Positions 34,306-49,327 of a DNA stretch of 64,000 bases are shown in pieces (the first letter of the stretch is position 1; each line of letters opens with the position of its first letter). Under the pieces are notes generated by a model. The model ran no database searches. It was not told the DNA's origin and was given only the letters and a program-made list of their open reading frames with translations. This DNA is from Haliotis cracherodii (taxonomy: Eukaryota). Made by a program: the position numbers and the translations under genes. The stretch is from the NCBI RefSeq assembly GCF_022045235.1, contig NW_027266272.1:23312001-23376000 (forward strand), in the 5' to 3' direction.

Positions 34306-36522
34306 ATTATAGAATAATAAACAAATTTTGATTGATTCCATGACATTTAATTGGAAAACCAACCAATTATTTGTGTGCAGAAGTTTCCATAAACCTGAAA
34401 ACAAAAAGGTCACGCCCACAAGACAACTTCTGTTTCCTTATTGGCAGATAATAGAGTGGGTGGTTTGTGATCATGGTCTTTAGTTTTGTGATCATTATGA
34501 TTAGGTAATCAGTCTTTGGGGTTATTATTGTTGACTTATAATTTATAAGTATTGTTTTTCCACACCTACATATTTACACGTGTGCTCACCGGGTTTTACA
34601 TGTGTACCGCCATAAATGCAAAATATATCGAAAACAATTCTTAACTAACGATATAGTGGCGGTGATCTGGGTATTAAGTAAAAGATATGAAAGTATTCTA
34701 ATCTTTTCAGTTGAGGTGGTGTTTGTTTCTGTTCGTAATTATGTTAGAGTGTATTATGTATAAAATTGACTGTTTTTATGGGTGTTTTTTTACATTTAAT
34801 CAGAGATATTCTAGTTGCTGTTTCAATTCATAGACATGCCTCAAACACCTCAGAGATTTCAGGATGTGGCTAATGTGAGGATATCAGATTCAGCAGCAGC
34901 AATGACAGAGATACACACGCACAGATTTGTGGGAATATTTGTATTTTGTGAAGTAATCGGTCGTTATGACTGTTAAAATGGGTCGGATATGTTCGGTCAT
35001 GTGCCGAAGGACTAAAGCTGTTGTGACGGTGACGGATTGTAGACAAAAGTATTGATTGTGATTCTGTTTAATTAATTGTCTCTCTAAGCCTGTTGAACCA
35101 TCTACTAGACAACCCTATGATGGGGAAGCGATCACTGTTAAGTTTGCTAATATCGGTCTCAAGCACTGCCTCTCTGATTCTGCTGAGGGTGTTGGTGTTA
35201 ACTAATTATCAGATCATAGCTCTAGGATAAGTTCAAGAAACACTTCTAAGACGTCTCAACACGGATACATGGAACTGTGAGAAGACTGCAGTAAATTAAT
35301 TGTCAGACATAGAAAATTAATCCTGAATCAATTGAGTCATTTTAAGGAGTCTCCTATCAGTGCATTCTCGCTTTTAGTAACGCTATTGCTTTGAAGTTAG
35401 GTTACTGCTAGTCTCACCTGTCAGTGGCCATCTACTGATTGCAATTTAGGAAGGTTCGGTAGAAACAAACAAATTCAATTACCGTTGACTAAATGCTGGT
35501 TATACCTATAAGAATAATCATAACTCCTTTGACTGATTGAAGTCACAACATTCAGCATAATTGATAGTATTAGAGGAGTGTGGTTTTACCGGTAAGCCAC
35601 AATTTGAAATACTAGTGAATATGTATCACAACATCTTTGGAAAATACCAGTAGATTGCGTTTTTCAAAATCATTCATATTTTCATATTGTTTACATTGAC
35701 AGGTCAAATTGAATCATTGATGTGCATTAATCAGGACCTGTAATTTTAAAATCTATATGGTCAGTCTTTCTAGCTGGAGTCATGAAATATCAATATCTTT
35801 ATCTTGTTGAACTTGACAAAACTAAACTGTAAACAAATGAAATCGTGTTATTGCAAAATAAATATGTGAACAAGTTTTTAGGAATATATCTGTTTGACTA
35901 ATGAGTTTACAGTTCCACTGGTCATGTTAGCATGGTTAGCTTCTTGACAAACACTGTTAAGCCTGGTGAGGTACATACTACTATACTCAGGACTAATCAC
36001 AGACTAAATATAGTGCTTACGTACCTCAGCTGACATCTGTGTCTGTTTGTGTTTGAGCTAAAGGGGGCAGTTTTAGAAATTTACATTTTGTGTTCAGTGG
36101 TATGAGAAATAGACAGATTTATTTCTGGAATACAAATAGATGAAAAGGAACAGATTGATGTGTAAAAGAGATCAAGATTATATCCAGTAAATGTTGTGCT
36201 TGCCACTGAGGGAATATTATATTTAGCATGATGCGTTACAGGTTGATGTTTTGTGTCATACACTTAGTGTTTTTTTATTTTACTTTTAGAAAGTCATTAT
36301 TTATTACAAATCTTGTTTCAAAGTGCTTATGTTTTAAGTACCCCGGGGCAAATGTGTTTTAGAATGTATTATTGTTGCAATATTTTCAAAAGCACTTGTT
36401 GAAAATAACACTATGACCATATGTATAGTGTCACCTTATTCTTCTTCAGGGAGTAGACATTCTTGGTTATTTTTTTAAATATTTTTTTTATTCGTTTGTT
36501 TTGTGTTGGTATGTGCTAAACA

Positions 36523-36678
36523 CAGGGTTAGAGCTTACTCAAAAGCTGTGCTGTCCAAGGTAAAGATACAATGCCCTTGTAATGTTAAAACAATGGGGAA
36601 ATTGGGAAACTTATACAGCCCGCAGGAATTTGTACTAACCCGGGGCTCGCGGGCTGGTTTTAAGTTTTAACAACCCCG
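36523..36678. mobile_element. CAG-terminated MITE (family E)
   Basis: Homologous to 47112-47389. Confidence 0.65.
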
Positions 36679-36815
36679 CTGCAGTTATGCTTGATAATGT
36701 GTATTGCATTTTCTCAAAATTCTGATGCTTCCATTTTCATCTGTTATTATATGAAATTCTTCAACTCAAAATTCAATGCTTCAGTCACATGTTGATATTC
36801 ACATAAGAAAAAAGA

Positions 36816-36985
36816 TGAGTGAGTTTGGTTTTATGCCACTGTTAGCATGGTTAGCAATATTCCAGCAATATCATGACATGGGGATACCAGCCATGGGTTT
36901 CACGCATTATACCCTGTGGGGAATTGAACCCAGGTCTTCGGCGTGACAAGCAAACACTTTAACCACTGGGCTACCCCGCTGCCCC
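36816..36985 (-). mobile_element. SINE family A, CpG-decayed
   Basis: Family match. Confidence 0.85.
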
Positions 36986-39188
36986 CTTAGTCACATGAAC
37001 TGACAACTCACGACATGTCCTCCCCAATTCTATGGAATATAGCTGATATCTCCCTGAAAATGCAATAAAACTGAATAGAAATCCAGGGATTATCCTGGTA
37101 AATTTTATTGACATTTTTAGGTATGATAGATAATTTTATTCAAGCAGGAAGAGATTTTCGATTTTTGTAGGAGAAAAATTAGAGTGCTTATGCAGTTGAA
37201 ACTATTAAGAACAGTTATATGTATGTGATATTCAACCGCGTTAAATGAATGTTGATGCGACATCTATGAAAACTATTCGAGAATGTCGCGGAATAGCAGC
37301 CAAAGCCAATCCCTAGAGATCAGGAAGGACAATTATGTGCATTATGTAAAGACTTGATGTACTCCCAACAGGGAAAGGTGGCTGGTTATTGTACAAGGTT
37401 TACATGATGAATAGAAAATGTGTTGTTTGGTTTCCTAAAAAAAACCCTGTGTCAGTGTGTGCTGCCTTATACATGTTATACCCCTTGGTAGTCCTTTATT
37501 GAGATGAACCTGCCATGGCTGTCTACCAGCCTGCATAGTGATAACAGAAGAAGGTTCCACCAGCCGCCACAATGTCTTGAACATATGGCACACTGGTAGA
37601 ATACTGGTGCATGTTTCAAGTTGCTGCAAGTCCTCTGTAAATTACTCTTCCATTCTATGTTATCTACACTGTACACGTTTCATACATTGACTTCAATACT
37701 ATGATGATGATTGAGGGGCCAGTGGGGAAGGTTAGCTTGCTACACCTTCAGTCTGGGTTTCACTAAAAATCCCAAATAGGTTTGAAGTGTTTTGTGCATG
37801 TTGGTGTCAGACTGTCTGTTTTCTTGTTATGATCTCGGATGAGTGCAAACTTCAAACGAGTAAACTATGAATATCAACATTGCTGAGTTTTTCACTAACT
37901 CTGTGAAGAGAATTCTTGTCTTCTGAGAAATGAGGGTGTGTGTTTACTCTGTGGGTAGGTAAGACATGTTATGAATGCCTGCCTATGGTATTGGTCTAGA
38001 AATCAACCACTGTAGCAGGTAAAATGAATCGTTAAGAAAATGTACGTCATCGTGATCATAGCCGTATTGTTTATTACTTTTTATAATTGTTGCCATGGTT
38101 ACAGATCAAAAGACAAAATACTAATGATACATTTTTTCCACTTTGATCAGATGCCAATCGGTCAACACCTGTCATCAATATGTTTTATATTTGTACTGCA
38201 ATACATTGAATAGGTTGCCATTGTAAATGAAACAGTAAAATATTGTTTTTTGTTTGAATTAGTTAATTCACCCAGAATATGTTGGCTAAAAAAAAAAAGT
38301 ACAGAAAATGTATGTGTCAATGTTTGTGAAGATATATAACCTATTCACTTCAAACTTAGCACGATGGCTCTAAGGCTAGTTTGGCTTTTCTTTTTTTACA
38401 AGTTGGTATACTGATCCACCGATCCAAAATACTGAGAAAATGGAAAACAAATGAATATAAAAATCATTTTGAAAACCTATATTTTGACCCAAATACCTAA
38501 TCAATGCTAATGTGATAAAGAAATAAAAGAAGAACAAATCATTTTCTAGAATCTTGCAACGCAGTAAAGAAACGACTTTGCCATTAAAATGCAAGTTAAA
38601 ATAATATGCAGAACAGAGAGAATAAATGTGTCGTCTTTTTTATGTAGTCATTGTTTAAAAGAACCAGCTGCATTGTCACAGTTTTAAAGAACAAATCAAA
38701 ATACAGGCATATCAAGTCATTATTCCACCCCACCCCCAACTCAGTGGTTTGGGGAACATTCCATAAACCAACCCCCATAAGATGTCGTGTTATATTTACT
38801 TTATTCTCTTTTCTACCTGCCGAATTGACAAAACGGGATGTAAAAACCAAAATGACTTCATTAATACACCAATGACGGCCAGTGGTTTAAGGTTTTGTTT
38901 TGACCTCGGTATTTCTATAAAAACCTTGTGGTATAGAACAACGCAATTGTGCAAGTTGTGTGTGTATTTTTAGCTATCACCTGATCAAGCAACACTGAGT
39001 AGTCGTGACAGGTGACCAGCGAACCATAGCACTGCACCACTGGTATTGCCCATTAACAATGTTAACAAAGTCCTCCTTTGTTGGAGCAATACCACTGAGA
39101 ATGCCATTTTTTATTTGCACCCAATGTTAAGATGTGTCACTGCAACAACCTGTTCCATGTTGGCATTTTAAACTGTATTACCCTACAC

Positions 39189-39632
39189 TTACAGATAAAG
39201 GAATATTGTCGCCATATGCATCACAGACTATTTTACAGATAAAGGAATTTGTCCCAATATTACAGGTAAAGGAAATTGTCCCAATATTACAGGTAAAGGA
39301 ATGTGTCACCATATGCATCACAGACTATTTTACAGATAAAGGAATTTGTCACTATATTACAGGTAAAGGAATTTGTCGCCATATACATCACAGACTATTT
39401 TACAGATAAAGGAATTTGTTGCAATATTACAGGTAAAGGAATATTGTCGCCGTACGCATCACAGACTATTTTACAGGTAAAGGATTTTGTTACCATATAC
39501 ATCACAAACTATTTTACAGGTAAAGGAATTTATTGCAATATTACAAATAAAGGAATTTGTCGCCATATACATCACAAACCTTTTTACAGATAAAGGAATT
39601 TGTCGCCCTATACATCACAAACACTTTTACAG
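39189..39632. repeat. Minisatellite of alternating units of about 43 and 27 bp (ttacagataaaggaatttgtc...)
   Basis: Direct reading. Confidence 0.9.
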
Positions 39633-40593
39633 CTTAAGGAACAAACTTATATCAAACGTCTATGAAACATTTTCAGCAATAGTTAACAGACATTTCTATA
39701 CCCCTGCTGCACTGCTGTGTTTATTGTAAAAAGTCTGTTATGTTCTGTAACAATCTTATACACAAGGAATGCAGTCTGTAACACATATTTCAGGCTCAAT
39801 AAGGGGTGCCGATAAAGATTACTTTCAGATTGGTCTAGAAGTTTATCAGGGGGTAGTGCTTAATGGAACAGGGTCCTGTTCCACAAAGAGATCCAAGCGC
39901 GACGACAGTCGTAAGTCTTTGTTAAAGTATGGGAGTTACGATTACTGAAGCGCTACGATAGCTGTGTGGAAGGGACGCCAGGCTATTCATATGGTGAATA
40001 TGGTAACAAAAAACATTACCTATCCAATACATTTTATATACATCACAATTCACATGGTGTTTCCCACTGACTAAATATACAATGTACTTCACAGTGTATA
40101 TCACAGTGTATATCACAATCATGCTATAGCTCTGTCTGTTCTACAGTGTGGCCATGGTGGTGGAGTAATGGAGCTGTAGTGATATATTCCATGTGTATAA
40201 TTATGCTGTGATATAACTGTAATACTGTTAAATGCAGCGCTAAACCCTACTCACTCATTTGCATACTTATAACATCTCATTTATATTATTATATTTTAAA
40301 CACTTTTTCAGTGTTTTTCATTCCCTTTGCAATGTGAGGGTCATGATGATCTCCCAAAGAAATATCTGGTTTAAGATGTAAGAGAGCCACTGACTCATAA
40401 TTCATGTATCCAATTATACTGTATACAACAGTGTACATATACCCAGTGTAATACAATGCCTTTATCCATGAATTGGTAATATATTATTAATCCCTTTTAT
40501 GCTCGGAACTCACAAACATTGGACATGTTGGATATTTCTCAGCCAAATACTTGCGTCAATGTGATGCAGAGGTTATAGCATGGGAAGCAGTTG

Positions 40594-41098
40594 CATGCCA
40601 GGATTGGTGTATGATACATGCCAGGATTGGTGTATGATACATGCCAGGATTGCTGTATGATACATGCCAGTATTGCAGTATGATACATGCCAGGATTGTA
40701 TGATCCATGCCAAGATTGCTGTATGATACATGCCAGGATTGCAGTATGATACATGCCAGGATGGCTGTATGATACATGCCAGGATTGCTGTATGATACAT
40801 GCCAGGATTGCTGTATGATACATGCCAGGATTGCAGTATGATACATGCCAGGATTGCTGTATGATACATGTCAGGATTGCTGTATGATCATACAATTATT
40901 AGGATTGTATGATACATGCCTGAAGATTGCAGTATGATACATGCCAGGATTGTTGTATGATACATGCCAGGATTGCTGTATAATCCATGCCAAGATTGCT
41001 GTATGATCATACAATTGCCAGGATTGTATGATACATGCCTAAAGATTGCAGTATGATACATGCCAGGATTGTATGATACATGCCAGGATTGCAGTATG
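40594..41098. repeat. 23-bp minisatellite (TGCCAGGATTGCTGTATGATACA)n
   Basis: Direct reading. Confidence 0.95.
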
Positions 41099-41555
41099 AA
41101 TGACATATACTTGAAGTGCTATGTGATACATCACTGGAGTTCTGTATGCTATATATCCCTGTGGCCCTGTGTGTTACAATCATGCCATACACCTATCCTA
41201 TTCACTAACATTGTTGCCATTGTTGCTGTGTCACAGTCAGTTACACAAAGGTATCTGCTGAATCATGCATCACTTCTGACACATGTTACTGAAATATGGA
41301 AATAACACTTTGTTTATATTCGATCCTCGCCCCAATTATCCCACAGCTCTCTGCATTCCTGATTCATGAGTTACATTATTTTGCACAAAGACAATAAACG
41401 TTGTAACATGAGTTATTGCTTTTGTTCTAATGTGACTATAGGCTTGATTACATATTTCTAAACTTACTCAAACAATTAATAACATCTCTGTTTCATTTGA
41501 ATATATGTCAGGTGACCCCATGGGGATTCTAGGATAGATAAGGTCCCTGGTATAT

Positions 41556-42002
41556 CAGTGTTCCTGCTGGCATTTGAACCAGCCAGTCCTGGTGGACTGG
41601 TAACTTTAAAATTTACCAGTCCCCCCTAATCTTGGTCAGTCCCAACTTTCAACAAATAAATAAATGAATGAAAAAATTGCCTGGTTTTTATTCTTTCAAC
41701 ATGTTCAATGCAATGACATCATCTCTGAAGTAACTACATGTCCATCACACAAAGTTCAGTCACAATTTTCTCTTTTGTTTTTGAGTATTTCGAGAATAAG
41801 TCACTACAAGTATATATATTTAACCTCAAAGCAAAGCAAAATGCTATTTCCTTGCACTGAAAATAGACAAGAGGGAAAATATTTAATATTTATAAGGTAC
41901 TTTATTAGCCGGTCCACAGGGAGTGGTGGTCACATGAATTACCGGTCCAAGCCTTAATTTTACCGGTAAAAAACTGGTTATTACCGGCAAACGCGAACTC
42001 TG
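41556..42002. mobile_element. CAG-terminated MITE with 5-bp TSD
   Basis: cagtgttc.../...gaactctg, flanked by tatat on both sides. Confidence 0.7.
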
Positions 42003-42389
42003 TATATGCTGGTCGTAAGCCTTGACTTAATGGAGTGCGTTGTCGGGCTCCTCGGTCACTTATTTGATGGCGTGATCATGTACCCAGATGGCATTGAGCA
42101 TGCTTGTAATGTCACTCACTAGATTTTCTGGTTCAGAATCGGTTGTGTACATTCTGTCGTCATGTAGCAGGGATTTGAAAACAAACATACAAACTGAGAT
42201 ATGTTAACCTAGAAAACAATGAGATCTGTTGTTGCAGAAATATGGAAACTGGAGGCCGTTAGCAATCCGAATAGGGGGTCATACTTTCTGGCCTTAATGA
42301 CGAGGGCCCCATATGGGAGTTAGGGTCGTCTTAGTGCTATGATCACTGTGTTAAACGGGGCCCCTTCTTAAGCCATAAAGGGATTAGAG

Positions 42390-42818
42390 TAGGGCTGGGA
42401 CAGGTAACTCGGGTACTCGGGTCGGGTGGGTACGGAGTAGGACCCGGGTACCCACAGGACTACCCGGACCCGTGTTTAGTCACGTGATATATTGTTTCAT
42501 GACAAATATTCACTATATAACTGCATAGTTACATGACAATTTTAAGTCTCTAATGTTCGCATTTCTTCATGACTATGAACATGTTCCTTCTGACTTATAT
42601 ATGTTTGAACAAAGCTAAAACTTTAGTCAACTTCTGTGTATGCATAACCACATCGTTTTATACATGTATCTGAATACATTTTGCCAGGGCTAATGTCAAA
42701 CTATTCCCAATCAGACATTTTGTACCTATCTTTTGACACCAACAGCAGGTACCCGGGTAGGGTTGGGTAATAGGGGTGTGGGTACCCGGGTAGTAAATTT
42801 GGACTCGTCCCAGCCCTA
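42390..42818 (-). mobile_element. hAT-type MITE, inverted copy of 16189-16615
   Basis: TSD gattagag/gatcagag. Confidence 0.92.
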
Positions 42819-43382
42819 GATCAGAGCAATATTTTATGATTGACACAGCATTTGAAATATGTGCCAGCCTGTTACTTGGCACATGGCAGTTAGATCTCGT
42901 GTCGTCCCCGTAGTTTCAAATTTGTATGTGGCCCTTATGCTGATGGCCTGCTTTAAATTTGTGTCTCTATTTTTTTTCTCCCAATATTAAAGCTCCAGGT
43001 TTTTTAAATGAGGGCCTCAAGAGTTTAATCATGGCCTACAGCTAAAGTTTGTGGGTCCTGGGCAGTCTGGCACTTTTGTTTAATTTCAAACACTGGGTTG
43101 ACAAGAGGTGTGTTGCAGCCAGAGGGTGGTGTGGGGTGGAAAAGAGGGACCTTGATTTACTGGTCAAAACAGTGGTTTGAAATAAGTGGATTCGAGCTAA
43201 AGTCCTCCGGGGATGCAACTCAAATTGAACCCTTTTCTGGCCCTATTACATGTGATAGTGATGACACATACGGACACGTCGAAAATCAGACTCCTGCAGA
43301 GTTGCCTCCCTGTTCCTGTGCCATTTCATTTCAAAATTTATGCCATTCATGGGATCTTATCTAGTTTGTTTAAATGATTTTC

Positions 43383-43549
43383 AGGGCGGTCGGGTAGCCT
43401 AGTGGTTAAACGTGAGCTCATCACACCAAAGACCCGGGTTCGATTCCTGACATGTGTACAATGTGTGAAGCCCATTTTTGGTGTCCCCCACCGTGATATT
43501 CCTGGAATATTGCTAAAAGCGGCGTAAAACCTAACTCACTCACACTCAA
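43383..43549 (+). mobile_element. SINE family A
   Basis: TSD ttaaatgattttc. Confidence 0.92.
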
Positions 43550-45137
43550 TTAAATGATTTTCTGGCTTGTTTACATACTGTTGCGAAATGGCAGGAGTAC
43601 TGCTCTGCCGCATCAGGCAATAAACAAACAGTTACTTAGATCTTATGCAAATTGTGTGAGTGACTGGTGCCACCGGTAAGTCAGGACATGCTTACACTCT
43701 TTTGTTAACACCTGGCCTTATCACTTAGCAGATGATTGAGACTGGTTATTCACACTCATTGATGTTTTACAGTTAGAGACACCACAATCAGTTTTGACAT
43801 TTATGCCCAACACTGCTGTCATAGTCAATATTAGCCCTTGAGACATCATTGTTCGAAATTAAGCCTAAAATCCTTAGCACATGTCCAAGATTTTGGATTC
43901 CCTAGGTTCAAATTCCACAGAACACCTGAAGGATCCACTTGATATCAAACACTGCCATGTGTATATAATAAGACTATGGGAATATGCATGTGTTTGGAAA
44001 ATGTTTCCTACTGAAATTGACAAAATAATGAAAAGAATTCGAGTTATCTATTTAGGTTGAGGCTTAATTGCAGAATTGATTTGGTTGTTAATCAATAATA
44101 TTCCTGAATCTGCCATTTTGTATCTACCTACAACACATGACAGAGCAGTGTTGATCACATGTTACCATGGCAACAACCAACACAATACCTGCAAGCCTAC
44201 TAGGATGTAGCTGCCATTGTTAAGAATGACAATTGTTTCGCATTGATTTGTGTCAGGTTTGATGGATCCAGTGTTTGGAGAAGTGTTCTGCCACCTTAAG
44301 ATTTGTTATCAAGTGTCAGTGTTATTTGTCTGTTCTAAACATTTGTATTTTATATTTTTAAATATTTTGAAAGAACATGAATGCAACCGGAGTCTCACAG
44401 TCCCTGAACTATAATATGGTTCTATCCCAATCCTTCAATACTGTAATGCTACAGCCCTAAATGAAGAAAGTCTAGGTTTTTCACAGAATCTCCCATCTTA
44501 CCAGGGCTCTTTTTAAAAAATATATGGAGTTGTTTGTTCCTATCAAAATTACATATGTTCAGAGACTAAGCGTAATCTACTAAATTGTCTTCAATGGAAG
44601 TTTCTTAATGGGCTTAGCGCAGAAGTGTTGATCTAAGGTTTTGAATGTACGTTTTGGACTTATAGTATTTTTAAAGCTTCTGTTGCCTGGACGAAAAAAT
44701 ATCAGCAGTAATAAGATTAAATTGATCACCATTGATCACATTTAACGGACAAGGGTGGATCCAGCGTTTTTAAGAGGGAGGCGTCCAAAATATCAAAAGC
44801 ATGTATGTTGGTTGTTGTATTTAAATCTGATATCAACGTTACCGTCAAAATGTTAATATTACTTGATGAAATTCACAAACTTTGCAGACAGAGCCTGAGA
44901 TTGAAAGAGATATATATTCTCCCTGTTCAACAGACACGAAGTAATGATGGTTACAAATTAATGATTTTGTCTGCTGTCTGCGTGTTTATTGATCAGTGCA
45001 GTGTAGCGTGAACCTGTAAATAAGATTAATGGGGTATAACATTACAAAAAAATGAAACATCTTTTTCACCCGTTGATATTTTAACTTTTAAACTCGCAGG
45101 CAGTTTTATTTTCTTGCTATAAGCATCGATCCCATTT

Positions 45138-45293
45138 CAGTGATAGAAACTAACATTTTTCGTCCACTAGTCCTTATAATGATAACATATAGCAAAACCC
45201 TTAAAAATGGCAAATCTCTACTAGTCGTTATGATACCTTAACTATTGGGCAGTTTGGCATGGACTATAGGACTAGTGCCAATTTCTAACACTG
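45138..45293. mobile_element. MITE family D
   Basis: TIRs; ccattt flanks both sides. Confidence 0.85.
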
Positions 45294-45916
45294 CCATTTA
45301 CATCTCTTGAATCAGCAATAACACCTCACTTGAACTTGCAATAACACAACCAACATATACGTAACTAAATACAGGAAACTCTCTAAAACGTCAGTTAATG
45401 GTATCAATTCTACAGTGTATGACAACCGGACATACAAGCAGTACACGTTAGACTTATGAGTGACCTGTCTGGAGCATGAAACTTGCTTTATGTGTTATTA
45501 GCTGGAGTTCCCAATCCTAAGATGAATGCTGACAGTATTGACACCTTAATGAAAGCCTTTATCATGTTTATGGATATCACAAAGAGCCTCAGTGCATGTG
45601 ACATATCTGCATGTCAATTATGATTAGGTATATATATCAACTAGTCTTCGTTGCCATGGTTTCTGGTGGTTTTGACACCGAGACCACGTGCATTATTAAT
45701 CATTTATGCAGCGTTGAGTTCCCCTCACAGCTCAGCACTGATCTTGGCATAGTTAATGTTTAGAGACTTTCTTAAGTCGACTGGGAGGAAAGAGGGTGCA
45801 TTAATTGAGTATAGCGTATTTCCACACAAGTTCTTTTTGTTGTAATACACAGCTTCAGTAACTATTCTGTACATAAGCAATATACATACCTCCACTTCTA
45901 AATTCTAATGCCGATA

Positions 45917-46285
45917 ACCGCCTCCGTGGTCTAGTGGTAGGGCGTCCGCCTGGAGAGCGGAAGGCCCGGGGTTTGATCCCCGGCCGCGTCATACCAAAAG
46001 ACTTTAAAAGATGGTACTTGTTAATACCCTGTCTGGCGCTCGGCATTTAGGGGCTAAGACAAGGACTGGTTGGCTTGGAGTCAGTATACTGTGTCTTGGT
46101 GGGGTATTCATGTTAAACTGCGGCATGGAATCTCAGTGAACTAGCACTATAAATCGGCATCAGTCCGGACTAGTACAAGCAGCCACACACACGTGCATGC
46201 ACGTCGCTATATAAGTGCAATAATCTTGGACGCGACGTTCATCCCCACCTCACCTCACCTCACCTCACCTCACCTCACCTCACCT
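45917..46285 (+). mobile_element. V-domain-like SINE
   Basis: Family match, (cctca)n tail. Confidence 0.92.
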
Positions 46286-47111
46286 CTAATGTCCTGGCAA
46301 GAGGCTTTGTACTCTGACACGGCATGCTATTGTTTGTATGTTAGTTGCTATCGCTCCAATGCTCAAGGGAAATAACAGGGATTTACTGGACGCGAAATCC
46401 CATGTCCTATGCACATGAAATTTGAAATGGGCGCAACAAAATACAGTGTATCCTATGTGTATACATGTTTAGGGAAGAATGCTGATATTTGATAAATTGG
46501 AACCTCTTCAAATTCATTTTCGTACATAATCATTTTAAAAAAATACAGTCAGTGCTTCATGATTTTCAAGTATAAGTATGATACACATTTGATTAAATAT
46601 ACAACAAGCAAGGATTAAAGCTGCGCCATTCATGAAAATATCAACTGTTGGGTAACTCTGTGAGATAAACGTGTAGCTTGTTATCCCCATTTTCTAATCA
46701 AGCACCCCTGCATCAAATGTCAGTTAAAGGATGTTCCCTGAACCCCCAATCTAAATCACCAAGGTAGACCCCTTTATGCAAACAGTTGCCTCTATTTAAT
46801 ATTCATTGATACATTATTTGCCTGTAACGTTTCCTTGAAGCCATTTGGCAAGTGAGGTGAAAAATGAAGACACCAAATGAAATATGAAATCACACCGGGA
46901 ACTAGATCAATCGGCAGTTAGATGGCTGCTAATAGGTTTTCATCTCCATTGATCACAAGATGACAAGTTGACCGGACACACCATGGCCGGTTAGAGACTT
47001 GACATTGTCCACTGTAGGGTGATTGGATTTTAGGCTTGAGTTTTGTCCAACCGTTAGCAACAGGTAGTCACTTAACTTAGATTGACATGCATTATTGCTG
47101 GGGTAGCGTGA

Positions 47112-47389
47112 CAGGGTTAGAACTAAACTCAAAAGCTTTTCTAGCCAGGGTAATGATAAAAGCTCTTTGTAATGTTAAAACAGTGAGGAAATTTGTACTA
47201 GCCTTGTACTAGCCTACAGGAATTTGTACCAGCCTACAGGAATTTGTACCAGCCTGCAGGAATTTGAACTAGCCTGCAGGAATTTGTACCAGCCCGCAGG
47301 AATTTGAACTAGCCCGCAGGAATTTGAACTAGCCCGCAGGAATTAGTACCAGCTCAGGGCTAGCAGGCTAGTGTTGAGTTCTGACACTG
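47112..47389. mobile_element. MITE family E with internal 20-bp tandem expansion
   Basis: TIR cagggttagaact/agttctgacactg. Confidence 0.78.
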
Positions 47390-48807
47390 CAGTAGACAAC
47401 TGATGTGTGAGAACTTTGAGCTCATCTTGGACTCGTGTTTAAATAACTTCACTACATTTCAGGAGAAAACTACGAGTTTTCATAAATTTTCAATTGCCTG
47501 AGACTGGCGGACAGCTGGCCTTGTGTAACCTTAATCATTGTTTAGTGTTTCTCCACGTCGTCATGGCGAGGTTTATTGTGATCACTGTCAACACTGAGTT
47601 GATCATTAGTCTTGTGAAACGACTGGACGGTCCAGACTCTACAAGGTCTAATTAGAGAATTTGTTGTAAATATGATACGTGTATGTTATGTTCCTCAAGT
47701 CCAGACTACCAGTGTATTTTGTAGAACATTTAGGAGAACAGTTTTCAATCCAGCTCCCTCAACCCTCCTCAATAATTGCTAATTGGGAAAAAAGTTGGAA
47801 CAACATATTGGCCTTCTTAATATGGCTTACATGTTATTGCAAGCTTGATGTCGATTTAAGCTCAGTACAGCAGACAAGGAGTGTTGCATGGATTATGAAA
47901 GTCAGTTGTGCTGTGTTGGCCTAATTGACAGAGATGGGGTTGAATTAAGATGGAGACATCCTACCACTGAACCAGTCCACAAGGACAGCGCCATCTATCA
48001 CCGAGTGAGGACGAGGAGCAGGTGCTCTATCTGCCTAATTGACCTTACTGTTATTACTGCACAGTGTGATTTGTGCTCCTTTTGTAGTTACATACACTTA
48101 GGGGGACTTATGCCCTTTGCTGCATGCTGAAAGGATGGAGAAGATTTGTGGCCTTGTTAGCCAACATCGGAATTTGGTCTGAAGAGGCTGAATACCTGCA
48201 TATCTGATGATGCACTTTAAACCAGGATTTACCTGGCGTATTTATTTTGGGTTCCAGGGGACTGAAAGCCTTCAATTGCAGGAGTCCCAGATTAAAAAAA
48301 ATGGTCCCAGAAAAATGTCAATAATTGAGTACAGGCCTCTGCAACAATGTGACATTTGATGTAAGATTTCACATGCCAAAATAGATGTGGAGTTAGCCAA
48401 TTGAAATGAATCTATGTAGTATTTTTGAGATGATTACATACAATTATTTCTAGTGGCACCAAATTATGAAATAGCATCATTCAATTCTAAATCATATTTT
48501 TCTGCGTCCCACTGGATGCATAATTATTTCTTTTGTTCATGATTTCAATTGTCATGCATATTGGATGCAGAATTTCACATTTCAATAAATCTCTTCCTTT
48601 CCTGTTCTTTGTTTTTTTCCTTATTTAGTTTTCAGAAATAAACAGGAATGTCGAGGTGTTTGTCATCCATATGTATGAACAATGAAATATTGTTGCCAGA
48701 TCAGATTATAGCATCCTATACCCATGCAAATTGAGTATGGACGCATATAATTTAATCTGCAATTGAAAAAGGTAACACACTTATTTGTGTTTCGGCATCA
48801 TACCGTT

Positions 48808-49072
48808 GGGGGGGCAGTCATCTCAAGGCGCTGCTAATTGATATGCGGAGTTGCATCCCTTAGGCACGCCAGAAACATATGTTTATGGGTTTGAATCCTA
48901 ATTTGCCCCGGTTGTGCTTCTAGGTTTGTCAGCACTATACTTGTGATCGTGGGTTCCACCAAAGAGATCTACTCCCCTTTGGGCTTTCCTCCCACATCAA
49001 GCTCACATGACGTGACATAACTGGAATACTGTTCAAATTGTGTTCAAACCGACCCACTCACTCACTCACTCT
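48808..49072 (+). mobile_element. SINE family C, diverged
   Basis: Family match. Confidence 0.8.
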
Positions 49073-49168
49073 AATACAGTATGATACACCGTCCACAAAC
49101 AATTAGTTAGCCCCATCCTTTAACAGCAGCATCCCTTGCTCCATCACTGTTTAACAAAAGTAATAATC

Positions 49169-49327
49169 GGGGCGGTCGGGTAGCCTTGTGGTTAAAGCGT
49201 TCGCTCGTCCCCGGTTCGATTCCGACATGGGTACAATGTGTGAAGCCCATTTCTGGTGTCCCCCGCCGTGATATTGCTGGAATATTGCTAAAAGCGGCAT
49301 AAAACCATACTCACACACTCATTTACC
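49169..49327 (+). mobile_element. SINE family A
   Basis: Family match; aataatc flanks. Confidence 0.9.
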
